A stretch of DNA of 64,000 nucleotides from Corallococcus sp. bb12-1 (GTDB taxonomy: Bacteria > Myxococcota > Myxococcia > Myxococcales > Myxococcaceae): positions 77,012 to 141,011 of the forward strand of contig NZ_JAPNJZ010000012.1 of the NCBI RefSeq assembly GCF_026626765.1. The letters are read 5' to 3'. Of the stretch, positions 27,910-46,767 are shown piece after piece (positions within the stretch are counted from its first letter, which is position 1; every line of letters begins with the position of its first letter). A program made the translations under genes and the position numbers. The notes below the pieces were generated by a model. That model searched no databases. It saw nothing but the letters and a program-made list of their open reading frames with translations, and was not told the origin of the DNA.

Positions 27910-27982
27910 GCCGGTGTAGCTCAGTCGGTAGAGCAACTGATTTGTAATCAGTAGGTCGCGGGTTCAAATCCCGCCGCCGGCC
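27910..27982 (+). tRNA. tRNA-Thr (anticodon UGU)
   Basis: GCCGGTGTAGCTCAGTCGGTAGAGCAACTGATTTGTAATCAGTAGGTCGCGGGTTCAAATCCCGCCGCCGGCC. Anticodon loop UUUGUAA. Confidence 0.9.
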
Positions 27983-28075
27983 AGGTAGGACGGGCCGCGG
28001 AGTAGGGTCCGGGACACGAAGTCGGTTTGGCAGTTTGTGTGTAGGAAGCGGCCGCAGCACCACAATCGAATATCT

Positions 28076-28159
28076 GGAGGGATACCCAAGCGGCCAAAGG
28101 GAGCAGACTGTAAATCTGCCGGCTCTACGCCTTCGATGGTTCGAATCCATCTCCCTCCA
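28076..28159 (+). tRNA. tRNA-Tyr (anticodon GUA)
   Basis: GGAGGGATACCCAAGCGGCCAAAGGGAGCAGACTGTAAATCTGCC...TCCCTCCA. Long variable arm, anticodon loop CUGUAAA. Confidence 0.9.
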
Positions 28160-28168
28160 CTCTGCAAT

Positions 28169-28244
<76 letters not shown>

Positions 28245-28265
28245 GCCGTTGTAGTGAATCGCCAA

Positions 28266-28341
<76 letters not shown>

Positions 28342-28357
28342 TTTTTCGAGGAGTGTC

Positions 28358-29548
<1,191 letters not shown>

Positions 29549-29592
29549 TCGGCTTCACGCCGACCAGCTTCCACGGGCACTGAGTTGCCGAG

Positions 29593-29628
29593 GGGAGGGC
29601 TGCTTTTGTAGCCTTCCCCTCTCGCATC
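29593..29628 (+). terminator. Hairpin after tuf (attenuator/terminator-like, no U-tract)
   Basis: GAGGGGAGGGCT-GCTTTTGT-AGCCTTCCCCTCTC inverted repeat. Confidence 0.35.
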
Positions 29629-29642
29629 TGGTGAAATGAGCC

Positions 29643-29807
29643 ATGCCGAAGGGTAACCGTTCCATCATCTCGCTCGAATGCACCACGTGCAAAGAGCGGA
29701 ACTACACGACCACGAAGAACAAGCGGAAGAGCCAGGACAAGCTCGAGCTGAGCAAGTTCTGCCCTCGGTGCCGCAAGCATACGGACCACAAGGAAGGCAA
29801 GGTCTAG
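29643..29807 (+). CDS. rpmG: 50S ribosomal protein L33
   Basis: 54 aa, [54 protein letters not shown] (Zn-ribbon CxxC...CxxC). Confidence 0.9.
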   Translation: MPKGNRSIISLECTTCKERNYTTTKNKRKSQDKLELSKFCPRCRKHTDHKEGKV

Positions 29808-29829
29808 GTCGCGCGTTCCATGAAGGTTT

Positions 29830-29905
29830 AGGCCAGTAGCTCCAACGGTAGAGCAGCGGTCTCCAAATCCGCGTGTTGGGGGTTCGAATCCCTCCTGGCC
29901 TGCCA
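29830..29905 (+). tRNA. tRNA-Trp (anticodon CCA)
   Basis: AGGCCAGTAGCTCCAACGGTAGAGCAGCGGTCTCCAAATCCGCGTGTTGGGGGTTCGAATCCCTCCTGGCCTGCCA. Anticodon loop CUCCAAA. Confidence 0.88.
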
Positions 29906-29993
29906 GCTTCAGTACAGGGACCCCCGGTACCGAGCGGTGCCGGGGGTCCCTGCCTTTTCGCAGTCCAGCTTCCGCAGTCCCTCGTGAGGCAAA

Positions 29994-30437
29994 ATGGCGA
30001 CGGCAACTGAGGCCAGCCAGCAGGCTAACCGCTCGGGCATCGACCCCAAGCGGCTCGTGGTCATCTTCTATCTCGTCGCCGGCATCGTCCTGGCCCTCTT
30101 CCTGGAGCACGTCTTCGGGTTGCTCTGGAGCCGGTTCGGCTGGAGCGACGTCGAGCTCTTCGAGGGCCTGGGCTGGCGTGTGTCAACCCTCGTGGGCTAC
30201 GTCGTGGCCCTGGGGTTGGTGCTGGCGGCCTACTTCCACCCCCGCACGCACGCCCTGTCCATCGACGTGGCGTCCGAGCTGATGAAGGTCACCTGGCCTA
30301 CCTGGTCGGAGACCCGCGCTTCGACCATGGCCGTGGTCGTCGCCTCGCTCGTGGCGGCCGTCCTCCTCTTCTGCATCGACACCGTCGCCTACAACTTGAT
30401 GGTGGAGTGGCTGCCTGCCCTGTGGGGGAAGCTGTAA
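29994..30437 (+). CDS. secE: Preprotein translocase subunit SecE
   Basis: Membrane protein in the conserved position before nusG. C-terminal TM helix pattern matches SecE. Its stop overlaps the nusG start. Confidence 0.8.
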   Translation: MATATEASQQANRSGIDPKRLVVIFYLVAGIVLALFLEHVFGLLWSRFGWSDVELFEGLGWRVSTLVGYVVALGLVLAAYFHPRTHALSIDVASELMKVTWPTWSETRASTMAVVVASLVAAVLLFCIDTVAYNLMVEWLPALWGKL

Positions 30438-30985
30438 TGGCGAAGAAATGGTTCACGGTCCAGACCTACTCGAACTACGAGAACCAGGCGAAGAAGAACC
30501 TGGAAGAGCAGGTGCGCCTCAAGGGCCTGCAGGACCAGGACTTGCTCGGTGAGATCCTCATCCCCATGGAGCAGGTCGTGGAGATGGTGAACGGCGAGAA
30601 GAAGACCACCCGCCGCAAGCTCTTCCCGGGCTACATCTTCGTCCAGATGGAGCTCAGCGACACTACCCTGCACCTGGTGAAGAACACCTCCAAGGTGACC
30701 GGCTTCCCGGGCGTCGGGCAGAACGAACAGCCCCGCCCCATGTCGGACGCGGAGGTCGCGCGGCTCACCGCCCAGGTGACCGAAGGCGCCCACAAGACCA
30801 AGCCCAAGGTCCAGTTCGAGACGAGCGACACCGTCCGCGTCATTGACGGCCCGTTCGCCAACTTCAACGGCACGGTGGAAGAGGTCAACCCGGAGAAGGG
30901 CCGCGTCCGCGTGCTCGTCAGCATCTTCGGTCGTGCGACCCCCGTGGAACTCGATTTCATGCAGGTGGAGAAGACCACCGGCTAA
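30437..30985 (+). CDS. nusG: Transcription termination/antitermination factor NusG
   Basis: MAKKWFTVQTYSNYENQAKKNLEEQ... NGN domain plus C-terminal KOW (…VRVIDGPFANFNGTVEEV…). Confidence 0.95.
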   Translation: MAKKWFTVQTYSNYENQAKKNLEEQVRLKGLQDQDLLGEILIPMEQVVEMVNGEKKTTRRKLFPGYIFVQMELSDTTLHLVKNTSKVTGFPGVGQNEQPRPMSDAEVARLTAQVTEGAHKTKPKVQFETSDTVRVIDGPFANFNGTVEEVNPEKGRVRVLVSIFGRATPVELDFMQVEKTTG

Positions 30986-31088
30986 TCAGTCTTCCGCGTC
31001 CGGATGACGGGCGCGGATCAACGGGTGGGAGGGTCGTCCCGTCTGGCGACCCGCTGGAACCACCCCATCGAAAGGCAGCAGTCCGCCG
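30986..31088 (+). promoter_or_regulatory. rplKA leader (expected L1 autoregulatory binding region)
   Basis: 103-nt untranslated leader between nusG and rplK. Assigned by conserved operon architecture, not by resolving a structure. Confidence 0.3.
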
Positions 31089-31535
31089 ATGAAGAAGATC
31101 ACAGGTCAGGTCAAGTTGCAGATTCCCGCCGGCAAGGCGAACCCCGCCCCGCCGATTGGTCCCGCCCTCGGTCAGCAGGGCGTGAACATCATGGAGTTCT
31201 GCAAGCAGTTCAATGCCAAGACGCAGGCAGAGGCGAAGGAAGGTCTCATCATCCCGGTGATCATCACCGTGTATGCGGACCGCTCCTTCACCTTCATCAT
31301 GAAGACGCCTCCCGCCGCCATCCTCATCAAGAAGGCCGCGGGTCTCCACACGGAGAAGAAGAAGGGTTCGGGCGCGAAGAAGCCGGGCAAGGAGAAGGTG
31401 GGGCAGATCACCCGGAAGCAGCTCGAGGAGATCGCCAACAAGAAGATCCAGGACACCACCGCCGCGTCCCTCGAAGCCTGCATGAACACCATTGCTGGCA
31501 CCGCGCGCTCCATGGGCATTGAAGTCGTCGGCTAG
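31089..31535 (+). CDS. rplK: 50S ribosomal protein L11
   Basis: [39 protein letters not shown]... Confidence 0.95.
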   Translation: MKKITGQVKLQIPAGKANPAPPIGPALGQQGVNIMEFCKQFNAKTQAEAKEGLIIPVIITVYADRSFTFIMKTPPAAILIKKAAGLHTEKKKGSGAKKPGKEKVGQITRKQLEEIANKKIQDTTAASLEACMNTIAGTARSMGIEVVG

Positions 31536-31563
31536 CCCGCCCCCTCTCTCAAGGATTCCTGCC

Positions 31564-32277
31564 ATGGCTACCAATGGAAAGAAGTTCCGCGCGTCCTCCG
31601 AGCTGGTGGACCGCAACAAGCGCTATCCCGTCGCCGAGGGCTTCGCGCTGCTGAAGAAGACGGTCGAGTCGCGCGCGACGAAGTACGACCAGACGGTGGA
31701 TGTCGCCATCAACCTGGGCGTGGACCCGAAGCACGCGGACCAGATGGTCCGCGGCGCCGTGGTGCTCCCGCACGGCACCGGCGCCACCGTGCGCGTGGCC
31801 GTGTTCGCCAAGGGTGAGCGCGCGACCGAGGCGGCCAACGCCGGCGCCGACATCGTGGGCGCGGAGGACCTCCAGAAGCGCATCGAGGAGGGCTTCCTCG
31901 ACTTCGACACCGTCATCGCGACGCCGGACATGATGGGCGTGGTCGGTCGCCTCGGTAAGGTGCTCGGTCCCCGCGGTCTCATGCCCAACCCGAAGGTCGG
32001 CACGGTCACCATGGACGTCGCCAAGGCCATCCGCGACTCCAAGGGCGGTAAGGTCGACTTCCGCGCGGAGAAGGCGGGCATCGTCCACGCGAAGATGGGC
32101 AAGGCCTCCTTCGAGACGGCCAAGCTCGAGGCGAACTTCAACGCGCTGGTGGACCTGGTGATGAAGCTCAAGCCGGCCACCGCCAAGGGCGTGTACCTGC
32201 AGGGCATCGCCATCTCGACGACGATGGGGCCGGGCATCAAGCTCGACACCACCGAAATCCTGGCGCGTCACCGCTAG
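31564..32277 (+). CDS. rplA: 50S ribosomal protein L1
   Basis: [32 protein letters not shown]..., 237 aa. Confidence 0.95.
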   Translation: MATNGKKFRASSELVDRNKRYPVAEGFALLKKTVESRATKYDQTVDVAINLGVDPKHADQMVRGAVVLPHGTGATVRVAVFAKGERATEAANAGADIVGAEDLQKRIEEGFLDFDTVIATPDMMGVVGRLGKVLGPRGLMPNPKVGTVTMDVAKAIRDSKGGKVDFRAEKAGIVHAKMGKASFETAKLEANFNALVDLVMKLKPATAKGVYLQGIAISTTMGPGIKLDTTEILARHR

Positions 32278-32289
32278 TTCGCGGCGCCA

Positions 32290-32674
32290 GCCGGGCCGGG
32301 AAGAGTGCGCTCCCTGACGGGGAGCGTCAGTCCTGTCGCCCGCTGAACGTCGGTCGCATAGAAAGTGCTGGATCTTTGCGAAAGCCGGGGGTATAGGCCC
32401 CCGGCTTTTGCAATTGGGGCGCCATGTCGAGAGACACGGTGTTCCGACCTGGTTCATGACAGCAGGGACCTGGAAGGGAAGAAGACGCGTCCGTTGGGAA
32501 CCGGGCAACCGGTCGGGCGTTCATTCCACTTCAGGTTCAAACGGCCGCAAGGTCAGCCCTGCCGAGACTGGAGGTGCGGTGTGGTGCCTCTCGGAGGCTC
32601 CTCCCTCGCTCTGCCACTTTGGCCCAGGCATCACGCCCGACCGTCAGGTCGGGCCATAAAGGAGGTGAGTCAAG
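32290..32674 (+). promoter_or_regulatory. rplJL leader region (L10(L12)4 autoregulatory leader expected)
   Basis: About 385-nt structured untranslated region upstream of rplJ, as in other bacteria. Contains several GC-rich inverted repeats. Functional assignment is by position only. Confidence 0.4.
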
Positions 32675-33196
32675 GTGCTGAAGAGCGAGAAGGAAGTGAT
32701 GATCAAGGAACTCCACGAGAAGTTCGCCCGGACCAAGTCCGCGGTGGTCGCCGAGTTCTCCAAGGTGGATGTGGAGACGGTGACCAAGCTTCGTCGCAAG
32801 TTCCGCGAGGGCAAGGTCGAGTACAAGGTCATCAAGAACACGCTGGCGCGCCGTGCTGCTGAAGGCACGGCCCTCTCCGTGATTTCGGATGACTTCACGG
32901 GTCCCGTGGCCCTGTGCATCAGCTACGACGACGTGGTGGCTCCTGCCAAGATCCTGATGGATTTCATCAAGGACATGGAGACCATCAAGGTCCGCAGCGC
33001 CGTGGTGGACGGCCGCAAGGTCGACGTCAACGGTGTGAAGGCGCTGGCGAAGTTGCCGGGCCTCAACGAGCTCCGAGGGCAGCTGCTCGGAATGCTCAAC
33101 CAGCCTGCTGGCATGCTGGTTCGGACCATCGCGGCCCCCGGGTCGCAGCTCGCGCGGGTCATCCAGGCCAACGCGGACAAGTCGAAGCCCGAGTAA
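32675..33196 (+). CDS. rplJ: 50S ribosomal protein L10
   Basis: GTG start after AAGGAGGTGAG. L10 fold; operon position. Confidence 0.9.
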   Translation: MLKSEKEVMIKELHEKFARTKSAVVAEFSKVDVETVTKLRRKFREGKVEYKVIKNTLARRAAEGTALSVISDDFTGPVALCISYDDVVAPAKILMDFIKDMETIKVRSAVVDGRKVDVNGVKALAKLPGLNELRGQLLGMLNQPAGMLVRTIAAPGSQLARVIQANADKSKPE

Positions 33197-33288
33197 TCGT
33201 CCCGAGAAGTTTTTCTACCGCAACCCCTGCGGCTGGGCTGACCCAATGGGTCGCCGGCCGTTAGTCAACACCAGAAGGACACAGTTCC

Positions 33289-33657
33289 ATGGCTGACCTG
33301 AACAAGATTGCCGAAGACCTCTCCTCCCTGACCATCCTCGAGGCCGCTGAGCTCGTGAAGGCCCTCGAGACCAAGTGGGGCGTTTCCGCCGCGGCCGTTG
33401 CCGTTGCCGCGGGCCCTGCTGCCGCCGCCGCTCCTGTCGAGGAGAAGACGGAGTTCAACGTCATTCTCGCGAACGCGGGCGCGAACAAGATCAACGTCAT
33501 CAAGGAGGTACGCGCCATCACCGGCCTGGGCCTGAAGGAGGCTAAGGACCTGGTCGAGGGCGCGCCCAAGACGGTCAAGGAAGGCGTCAACAAGGACGAC
33601 GCCAAGAAGTTCAAGGACCAGCTCGTCGCGGCTGGCGCCACCGTCGAAGTGAAGTAG
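33289..33657 (+). CDS. rplL: 50S ribosomal protein L7/L12
   Basis: [27 protein letters not shown]... Ala-rich hinge. C-terminal [12 protein letters not shown]...VEVK. Confidence 0.97.
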   Translation: MADLNKIAEDLSSLTILEAAELVKALETKWGVSAAAVAVAAGPAAAAAPVEEKTEFNVILANAGANKINVIKEVRAITGLGLKEAKDLVEGAPKTVKEGVNKDDAKKFKDQLVAAGATVEVK

Positions 33658-33667
33658 TTCTGACAGG

Positions 33668-33705
33668 GGCTGTCCTGTTCTTCCGGGAAATCCCGGACAG
33701 CCTCC
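33668..33705 (+). terminator. rplL-rpoB intergenic attenuator hairpin
   Basis: GGCTGTCC-TGTTCTTCCGGGAAATCCCGGA-CAGCC nested stem-loop, consistent with the well-known partial terminator between rplL and rpoB. Confidence 0.5.
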
Positions 33706-33837
33706 TGACTGGATGAGCAGGCCGGCGTCCCCTTTGCTGGGGCGCCGGCTTTGCCCATTTGACATTTGCCAAATTTCCCGGCGCCGCCGCGCGTTACTGA
33801 AGTTTGCCCCGCCCGAGCAGCCGTCCCCGGAGACCGA

Positions 33838-38064
<4,227 letters not shown>

Positions 38065-38196
38065 GCCTTTTTAGCAGCCGGTGCGCCCGCCTGACCGGTC
38101 GGCATCGCTTCCTCGTGGAGGGAGCGGCCGACCGGGTGCAGGGCGGGGGCCCGAAACGTTTGGCGCCTTGAGCGCTCATAAGTTTTCGGAGGCAAC

Positions 38197-42405
<4,209 letters not shown>

Positions 42406-42442
42406 TGTCTTCCGGGAGCGTCCCTGACGCTCCTTGAGTCAG

Positions 42443-42484
42443 CCGCCGTCCTGGGTCATCCGGGGCGGCGGCTTTCTTGTTTTG
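42443..42484 (+). terminator. Rho-independent terminator after rpoC
   Basis: GCCGCCG-tcctgggtcatccgg-GGCGGCGGC stem followed by TTTCTTGTTTT. Confidence 0.75.
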
Positions 42485-42505
42485 CACAGTTCGTCGTCTG
42501 TTGCC

Positions 42506-42533
42506 TTGACAGTATGTCGCGGTGCGTTATGTT
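42506..42533 (+). promoter_or_regulatory. Candidate sigma-70-like promoter upstream of the phasin-like gene
   Basis: TTGACA-N16-TATGTT, with a second TTGACG immediately overlapping. About 45 nt upstream of the ATG at 42582. Confidence 0.4.
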
Positions 42534-42581
42534 GACGCATCACGTTATATGAGCCCGGGAAGCCGGGCGGGGGAGCAGGAC

Positions 42582-43034
42582 ATGACGACGACGAACGCGA
42601 AGGTGACGGCCGTGACGCAGAACGTGGAGAACTTCCTCAAGGGGCAGTTCTCCCAGGCCCAGAAGCGGTTCGAAGGGCTGGAAGGGGAGGCCAACAAGGC
42701 CTTCAAGGTGCTGGAGACGCGAGGCCAGGAAGCGGCGAAGGAGGTCCAGGCCCTGTGGACGAAGGTGCAGGCCGGCGAGCTGCGTGCGGACCCCCGCGTG
42801 CAGGAGCTGAGCAAGAAGGTGGACGCCGCCAGCGTGGGGCTGCGCAAGCGGCTGGACGGGCTGCAGGCGAAGGTGGTGGAAGCTGTCGGGGTTGCCAGCC
42901 AGTCCCAGGTGGAGCAGATCACCCACGAGCTGGGCCGCCTGTCGAAGAAGCTGGATGTACTGCTGAAGCCCACCCGTCGGGCCCACGGCGCGACCAAGAA
43001 TTCGGGCGGCGCGGCGTCTTCTCCGCGAGCCTGA
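42582..43034 (+). CDS. Phasin-like coiled-coil protein (PHA-granule-associated family)
   Basis: 150 aa, all-helical, heptad-rich (…FEGLEGEANKAFKVLETRGQEAAKEVQALWTKVQ…LSKKLDVLLKPT). Resembles the phasin family; assignment is moderate. Confidence 0.5.
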   Translation: MTTTNAKVTAVTQNVENFLKGQFSQAQKRFEGLEGEANKAFKVLETRGQEAAKEVQALWTKVQAGELRADPRVQELSKKVDAASVGLRKRLDGLQAKVVEAVGVASQSQVEQITHELGRLSKKLDVLLKPTRRAHGATKNSGGAASSPRA

Positions 43035-43136
43035 GCAGCGTTTTCATAACCTGGGGGGTGTGCTTAGGTGGCCGCCCCTTTAGTTCGAGCCCCGGGTTTC
43101 CCTTGTGGAAACGCTGGGGACTCCCGGAGCGACTTC

Positions 43137-43487
43137 ATGGACAACAACACCGAGGCCCCCCGAGAGAAGACCTCCGTGGCGGAGGCTTTCGAGCGCATCT
43201 GGAGCCAGGCGCTCCTGGCGGTGAACACGGCGGAGGAGGAGGCTTCCCGCGCCGTGCAGCGCGTGGCGTCCGTCGCGGGCTGGAGCCAGGACGAGGTGAA
43301 GCGTCAGGCCCGTGAGTTCGCGGAGCGGCTGACGGGGCACCGCAAGGACCTGGAGCACAACGTGGAAGAGCGGGTCCGCACGGCCCTGACGTTGCTCAAG
43401 CTGCCGCGCCGCGAGGAGTTGCAGGCGTTTGGCAGCCGACTGGAGCGCCTCTCCGAGCGCATCCAGGCCCTGGAGCACCGCAAGTGA
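43137..43487 (+). CDS. Phasin-like coiled-coil protein, second paralog
   Basis: 116 aa helical protein (…AFERIWSQALLAVNTAEEEASRAVQRVAS…LERLSERIQALEHRK), same family signature as the preceding gene. Upstream in-frame ATG at 43068 is possible. Confidence 0.45.
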   Translation: MDNNTEAPREKTSVAEAFERIWSQALLAVNTAEEEASRAVQRVASVAGWSQDEVKRQAREFAERLTGHRKDLEHNVEERVRTALTLLKLPRREELQAFGSRLERLSERIQALEHRK

Positions 43488-44245
43488 GTGGACCCGCCGC
43501 CTCGGGCGGCAGGTCGTTGGGAACGCGGTTCTTCGCGGGGCTGCATACCCTGAGCAGCGGGTGCTCCCGGCTCCCGTTGCTCGCGGGCATCGCGCTCGTG
43601 GTGTCCGCGCGGGTGGTGCCCCTCCTGGAGGAGCCCGCCCCCCCGTCCGTCGTTCCCGAGCTGGTGTCGCAGGAGTCCGTCTCCGAGGAGGCGATGCTCA
43701 TCGACGCGGTGCTGGCCAAGCGCGCCCCGGACCTGGGGCTCACGCTGCGCCGGCGCCTGGGGCAGGCCATCGACGAGGAGTCCCGCCGCACCGGGTATGA
43801 TCCGCTGCTGGTGCTGGCGCTCATCGACGTGGAGTCCGACTTCGAGGAGGAGTCCGTCTCCGACAAGGGCGCTCGGGGCTTGATGCAGATCAAGCCCAGC
43901 ACGCTGCACTTCCTGGCGGAGAAGGAGGGGCTGCGGCTGTCGCGCGAAGAGGTGGTGGCCGACCCCGCCGTCTGCGTGCGCCTGGGCATCCGCTACCTGC
44001 GTTCGCTGCAGAGCCGGTTTGGCGGCGATCTGGACCTGGCGCTGATGGCGTACAACGCCGGCCCCACGCGCATCCGGGACGCCCTGAAGGCCGGGGAGCT
44101 GGAGAAGTTCCGCCGCTACCCCCGGGCCGTGCAGCGCGACTTCCGCCGCTTCCGCGAAGGCCATGGCCTGGGCGGGGACTGGGCGCTGGCGCAGCGGGGA
44201 CTGCCACCCGAGCAGCCCGGCACGACGACGACCGCGGCGCCCTGA
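43484..44245 (+). CDS. Lytic transglycosylase (SLT domain), membrane-anchored
   Basis: SLT motifs ESDFEEESVSDKGARGLMQIKPST and LALMAYNAGP. N-terminal TM/signal segment. GTG start overlaps the upstream stop. Confidence 0.8.
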   Translation: MSGPAASGGRSLGTRFFAGLHTLSSGCSRLPLLAGIALVVSARVVPLLEEPAPPSVVPELVSQESVSEEAMLIDAVLAKRAPDLGLTLRRRLGQAIDEESRRTGYDPLLVLALIDVESDFEEESVSDKGARGLMQIKPSTLHFLAEKEGLRLSREEVVADPAVCVRLGIRYLRSLQSRFGGDLDLALMAYNAGPTRIRDALKAGELEKFRRYPRAVQRDFRRFREGHGLGGDWALAQRGLPPEQPGTTTTAAP

Positions 44246-44392
44246 CGGGGGCCTTCTCGCGGTCCTGGTGAATGTTCGGGGCCGTGGCGGGTTCCAAGCC
44301 TTGCCACACTCGCCTTGTCCCGCTCCCCGGGGTGCGCTAAGTCGTTTGCAAGCACCCGGGACTGTTGAGGATTCCCTGGAGGGATGCCCCCC

Positions 44393-45076
44393 ATGTCTCG
44401 TCCGTCCGTCCGCATCGCGCTCACTGTCGCGGCCACGCTGGTCCCCATGTGGGCCCTGGCCGGCTCTGTCTTCCTCAATGGCGTCAACATCGACGGCGTG
44501 AAGGGCCAGCGCTTCGAGAAGGCCACCGTCCGCATCGACGCGGAGGGCAACGTCCACATCGACGCGCCGGGGTACGCCGCCCGCGTGACGACCGTGACGC
44601 CCACGCCGGCTCCCGCCGCGAAGCCCCCTCCGACAGCCCCTCCGCCCGCGGCAGGCCCGCTCGATGCCGGGGTGGTGACGGCGCCCGTGCCGGCCGCTGC
44701 CACGGCCCCCGTGCCGGGGCGCATCACCCAGCGCTACTGGCTGGTGACAGAGCAGACGACCCCGGGCATGACGGACTTCGACATCGACGTGTACGTGAAC
44801 TCCCGCTGGGTGCGTCGTTTGCGCAACAACGAGGAGCAGGTGGCCCAGGACATCACCCGTGAGTTGCGCCCCGGAGCGAACGCGGTGACGCTGATTGCCC
44901 GCAAGGCGCAGGGAAGCCGCCGCAGCACGTCCGCCAGCAACGTCTTCAAGGTGATCATCGGGGAAGGCAATGAGGGCGGCGGCAACGTGATGATTGACAC
45001 GCCCCTCATCCGCTTCCAGAAGACGGCTGCGGACGCGCAGGACTCGACCGAGGAGTTCACCCTCACCACCCGCTGA
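44393..45076 (+). CDS. Hypothetical secreted protein with Pro/Ala-rich linker
   Basis: Signal peptide (…ALTVAATLVPMWALAGS). PTPAPAAKPPPTAPPPAAGP linker. RBS GGAGGG placed 9 nt before this ATG. Start is in the same frame as an upstream ATG at 44384. Confidence 0.6.
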   Translation: MSRPSVRIALTVAATLVPMWALAGSVFLNGVNIDGVKGQRFEKATVRIDAEGNVHIDAPGYAARVTTVTPTPAPAAKPPPTAPPPAAGPLDAGVVTAPVPAAATAPVPGRITQRYWLVTEQTTPGMTDFDIDVYVNSRWVRRLRNNEEQVAQDITRELRPGANAVTLIARKAQGSRRSTSASNVFKVIIGEGNEGGGNVMIDTPLIRFQKTAADAQDSTEEFTLTTR

Positions 45077-45106
45077 CACGGGACGGCGCGGGGAAGGGAG
45101 ACGACG

Positions 45107-45571
45107 GTGTTCACCATCGACGAGCGTTACCGGGGGCTCCCCGCCAGCCGCGACCAGGTGCTCGCGCTGCACCTGTCCCTCAACACGCCGCACGTGGCCA
45201 TCCCTGGCAAGCAGGCCGGACCGGCGCAGGCCTTCGTGGTGGGACTTCGCGGAGGGCAGGGCGCGGGCGTCTTCGTGTACCTCTACCTCGTGGAGGCCGG
45301 TGACTGCGCGGTGTACGTGTCCGGGCGGCGCGTCCAGTCCTCGGACGAGCTGCGGGAGGACGAGGACGACGCGCTCGGGTTCGTGGAGTCGCTGGGCTTC
45401 ATGATGGACAACGCGAACTGGCGCGCGGTCGCGCCCGCGCAGCAGGATGAGTGGCTCAAGACGCTCCCCGTCTTCTTCAAGGAGCCCACGCTCGTGCCCG
45501 CCGTGAAGGCCCGCGCCGAAGAGAAGCGCAACGTCGCCACCACCCTGGGCCGCTTCCTGGCCGCGTTCTGA
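45107..45571 (+). CDS. Hypothetical protein
   Basis: 154-aa ORF with good GC3. No recognisable domain. Confidence 0.5.
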   Translation: MFTIDERYRGLPASRDQVLALHLSLNTPHVAIPGKQAGPAQAFVVGLRGGQGAGVFVYLYLVEAGDCAVYVSGRRVQSSDELREDEDDALGFVESLGFMMDNANWRAVAPAQQDEWLKTLPVFFKEPTLVPAVKARAEEKRNVATTLGRFLAAF

Positions 45572-45594
45572 ACCTCCCTCCCGGATTGGCTCCC

Positions 45595-46353
45595 ATGTTC
45601 CGCATCCCTTCCGCCTGTTGCCTCGCGTTCGTGCTCGCGTCCGCGGGGTGTGCGCACGTCCCCACGCAGAAGGAGCGCGAGAGTTCGGAGATCCACTACG
45701 ACCTGGGCGTGCAGGCGCAGCAGCACGGCCACGTGCAGGACGCGCTCCAGGAGTACCAGAAGGCGCTGGAGATAAACCCGAGCAACCCGGAGGCCCACAA
45801 CGCGATGGGCATCCTGCTGCACCTGTCCTTCCGGCGGCTCGATGAGGCTTCGGCCCACTACGAGAAGGCGCTGGAGCTGCGCCCGACCTTCTCCGACGTG
45901 CGCAACAACCTGGGCAACCTGCGCCTGGACCAGGGCCGCTACGACGACGCCATCAAGCTGTACGAGGCGGCGCTCAACGACATGCAGTACCGCTTCGGCT
46001 TCTCCGCGCAGGGCAACCTGGGCTGGGCGCAGTACAAGAAGGGCGACACCGCGAACGCGCTGCAGAACATCAAGGCGTCCGTGACGACCAATCCGGAGTT
46101 CTGCATGGGCTTCCGGAACCTGGGCATCATCTACGACGAGACGGGCAAGACGGCGGAGGCCTGCCAGCAGTTCGGCCACTACCGTGAGAAGTGCCCGGAC
46201 ACGGCGGAGGCCTACCACCGGGAAGGCGTGTGCCAGGCGAAGCTCGGGAACGTGGATGCGGCGAAGGCGGCGCTCGCGGGCTGTGAGGCCAAGGCGCAGG
46301 CCACCGAGCAGGTGCTCAAGGACGACTGCCGCTCACTGCTGGAACACCTCTAG
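45595..46353 (+). CDS. TPR-repeat lipoprotein
   Basis: Lipobox VLASAGCAH. Several TPR units (…AHNAMGILL…, …YEKALELRP…, …GRYDDAIKLYEAAL…). Confidence 0.7.
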   Translation: MFRIPSACCLAFVLASAGCAHVPTQKERESSEIHYDLGVQAQQHGHVQDALQEYQKALEINPSNPEAHNAMGILLHLSFRRLDEASAHYEKALELRPTFSDVRNNLGNLRLDQGRYDDAIKLYEAALNDMQYRFGFSAQGNLGWAQYKKGDTANALQNIKASVTTNPEFCMGFRNLGIIYDETGKTAEACQQFGHYREKCPDTAEAYHREGVCQAKLGNVDAAKAALAGCEAKAQATEQVLKDDCRSLLEHL

Positions 46354-46371
46354 CCGGGGGCCCTGGGGACC

Positions 46372-46758
46372 GTGGACCACGTCGACTTCGGCAAATACCT
46401 CAGTCAGCAACGCGAGCTTCGCGGGCTGTCGCGCGAGGACGTCTCTCGGGAGACGAAGATCCCCCCCAGCCTCGTCGCGGCGTTGGAGGCGGGGCAGGTG
46501 GAGCGTCTGCCCGAGCGCGTGTTCGTCCTGAACTACATCCGCGCGTATGCCCAGGTCATCGGGTTGTCGCCGGAGGAAGCGGTGCTGCGCTACGAGGAGG
46601 TGGACCGGGCGGTGCCCGCGCCATCTCCCGTGCAGTTGGAGAAGGAGCGGCGCAAGCGGGCGTACGTCATCCTGGCCGCGGTGCTGGCGGTGCTGCTGCT
46701 GGGCACGGTCCTGTTCCTGATGCTGACCGGGAAGCTTCCTTCGCCCCTGGCGCGTTGA
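46372..46758 (+). CDS. XRE-type helix-turn-helix protein with C-terminal TM helix (RodZ-N-terminal-like)
   Basis: HTH (YLSQQRELRGLSREDVSRETKIPPSLVAALEAG) followed by a TM segment AYVILAAVLAVLLLGTVLFLML. Confidence 0.6.
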   Translation: MDHVDFGKYLSQQRELRGLSREDVSRETKIPPSLVAALEAGQVERLPERVFVLNYIRAYAQVIGLSPEEAVLRYEEVDRAVPAPSPVQLEKERRKRAYVILAAVLAVLLLGTVLFLMLTGKLPSPLAR

Positions 46759-46767
46759 AGGGAGATC

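Noticed and set aside
38089-38140. Large GC hairpin (GACCGGTCGGC...GCCGACCGGGT) in the rpoB-rpoC spacer as an attenuator
   Set aside because: Plausible by analogy but a one-base bulge and no U-tract. Cannot be distinguished from generic GC-rich secondary structure by eye.
44246-44383. Imperfect inverted repeat CCGGGGTGC...GCACCCGGG after the lytic transglycosylase gene as a terminator
   Set aside because: Stem imperfect, 16-nt loop, no U-tract, and it overlaps the likely promoter/RBS region of the next gene. Too weak to call.
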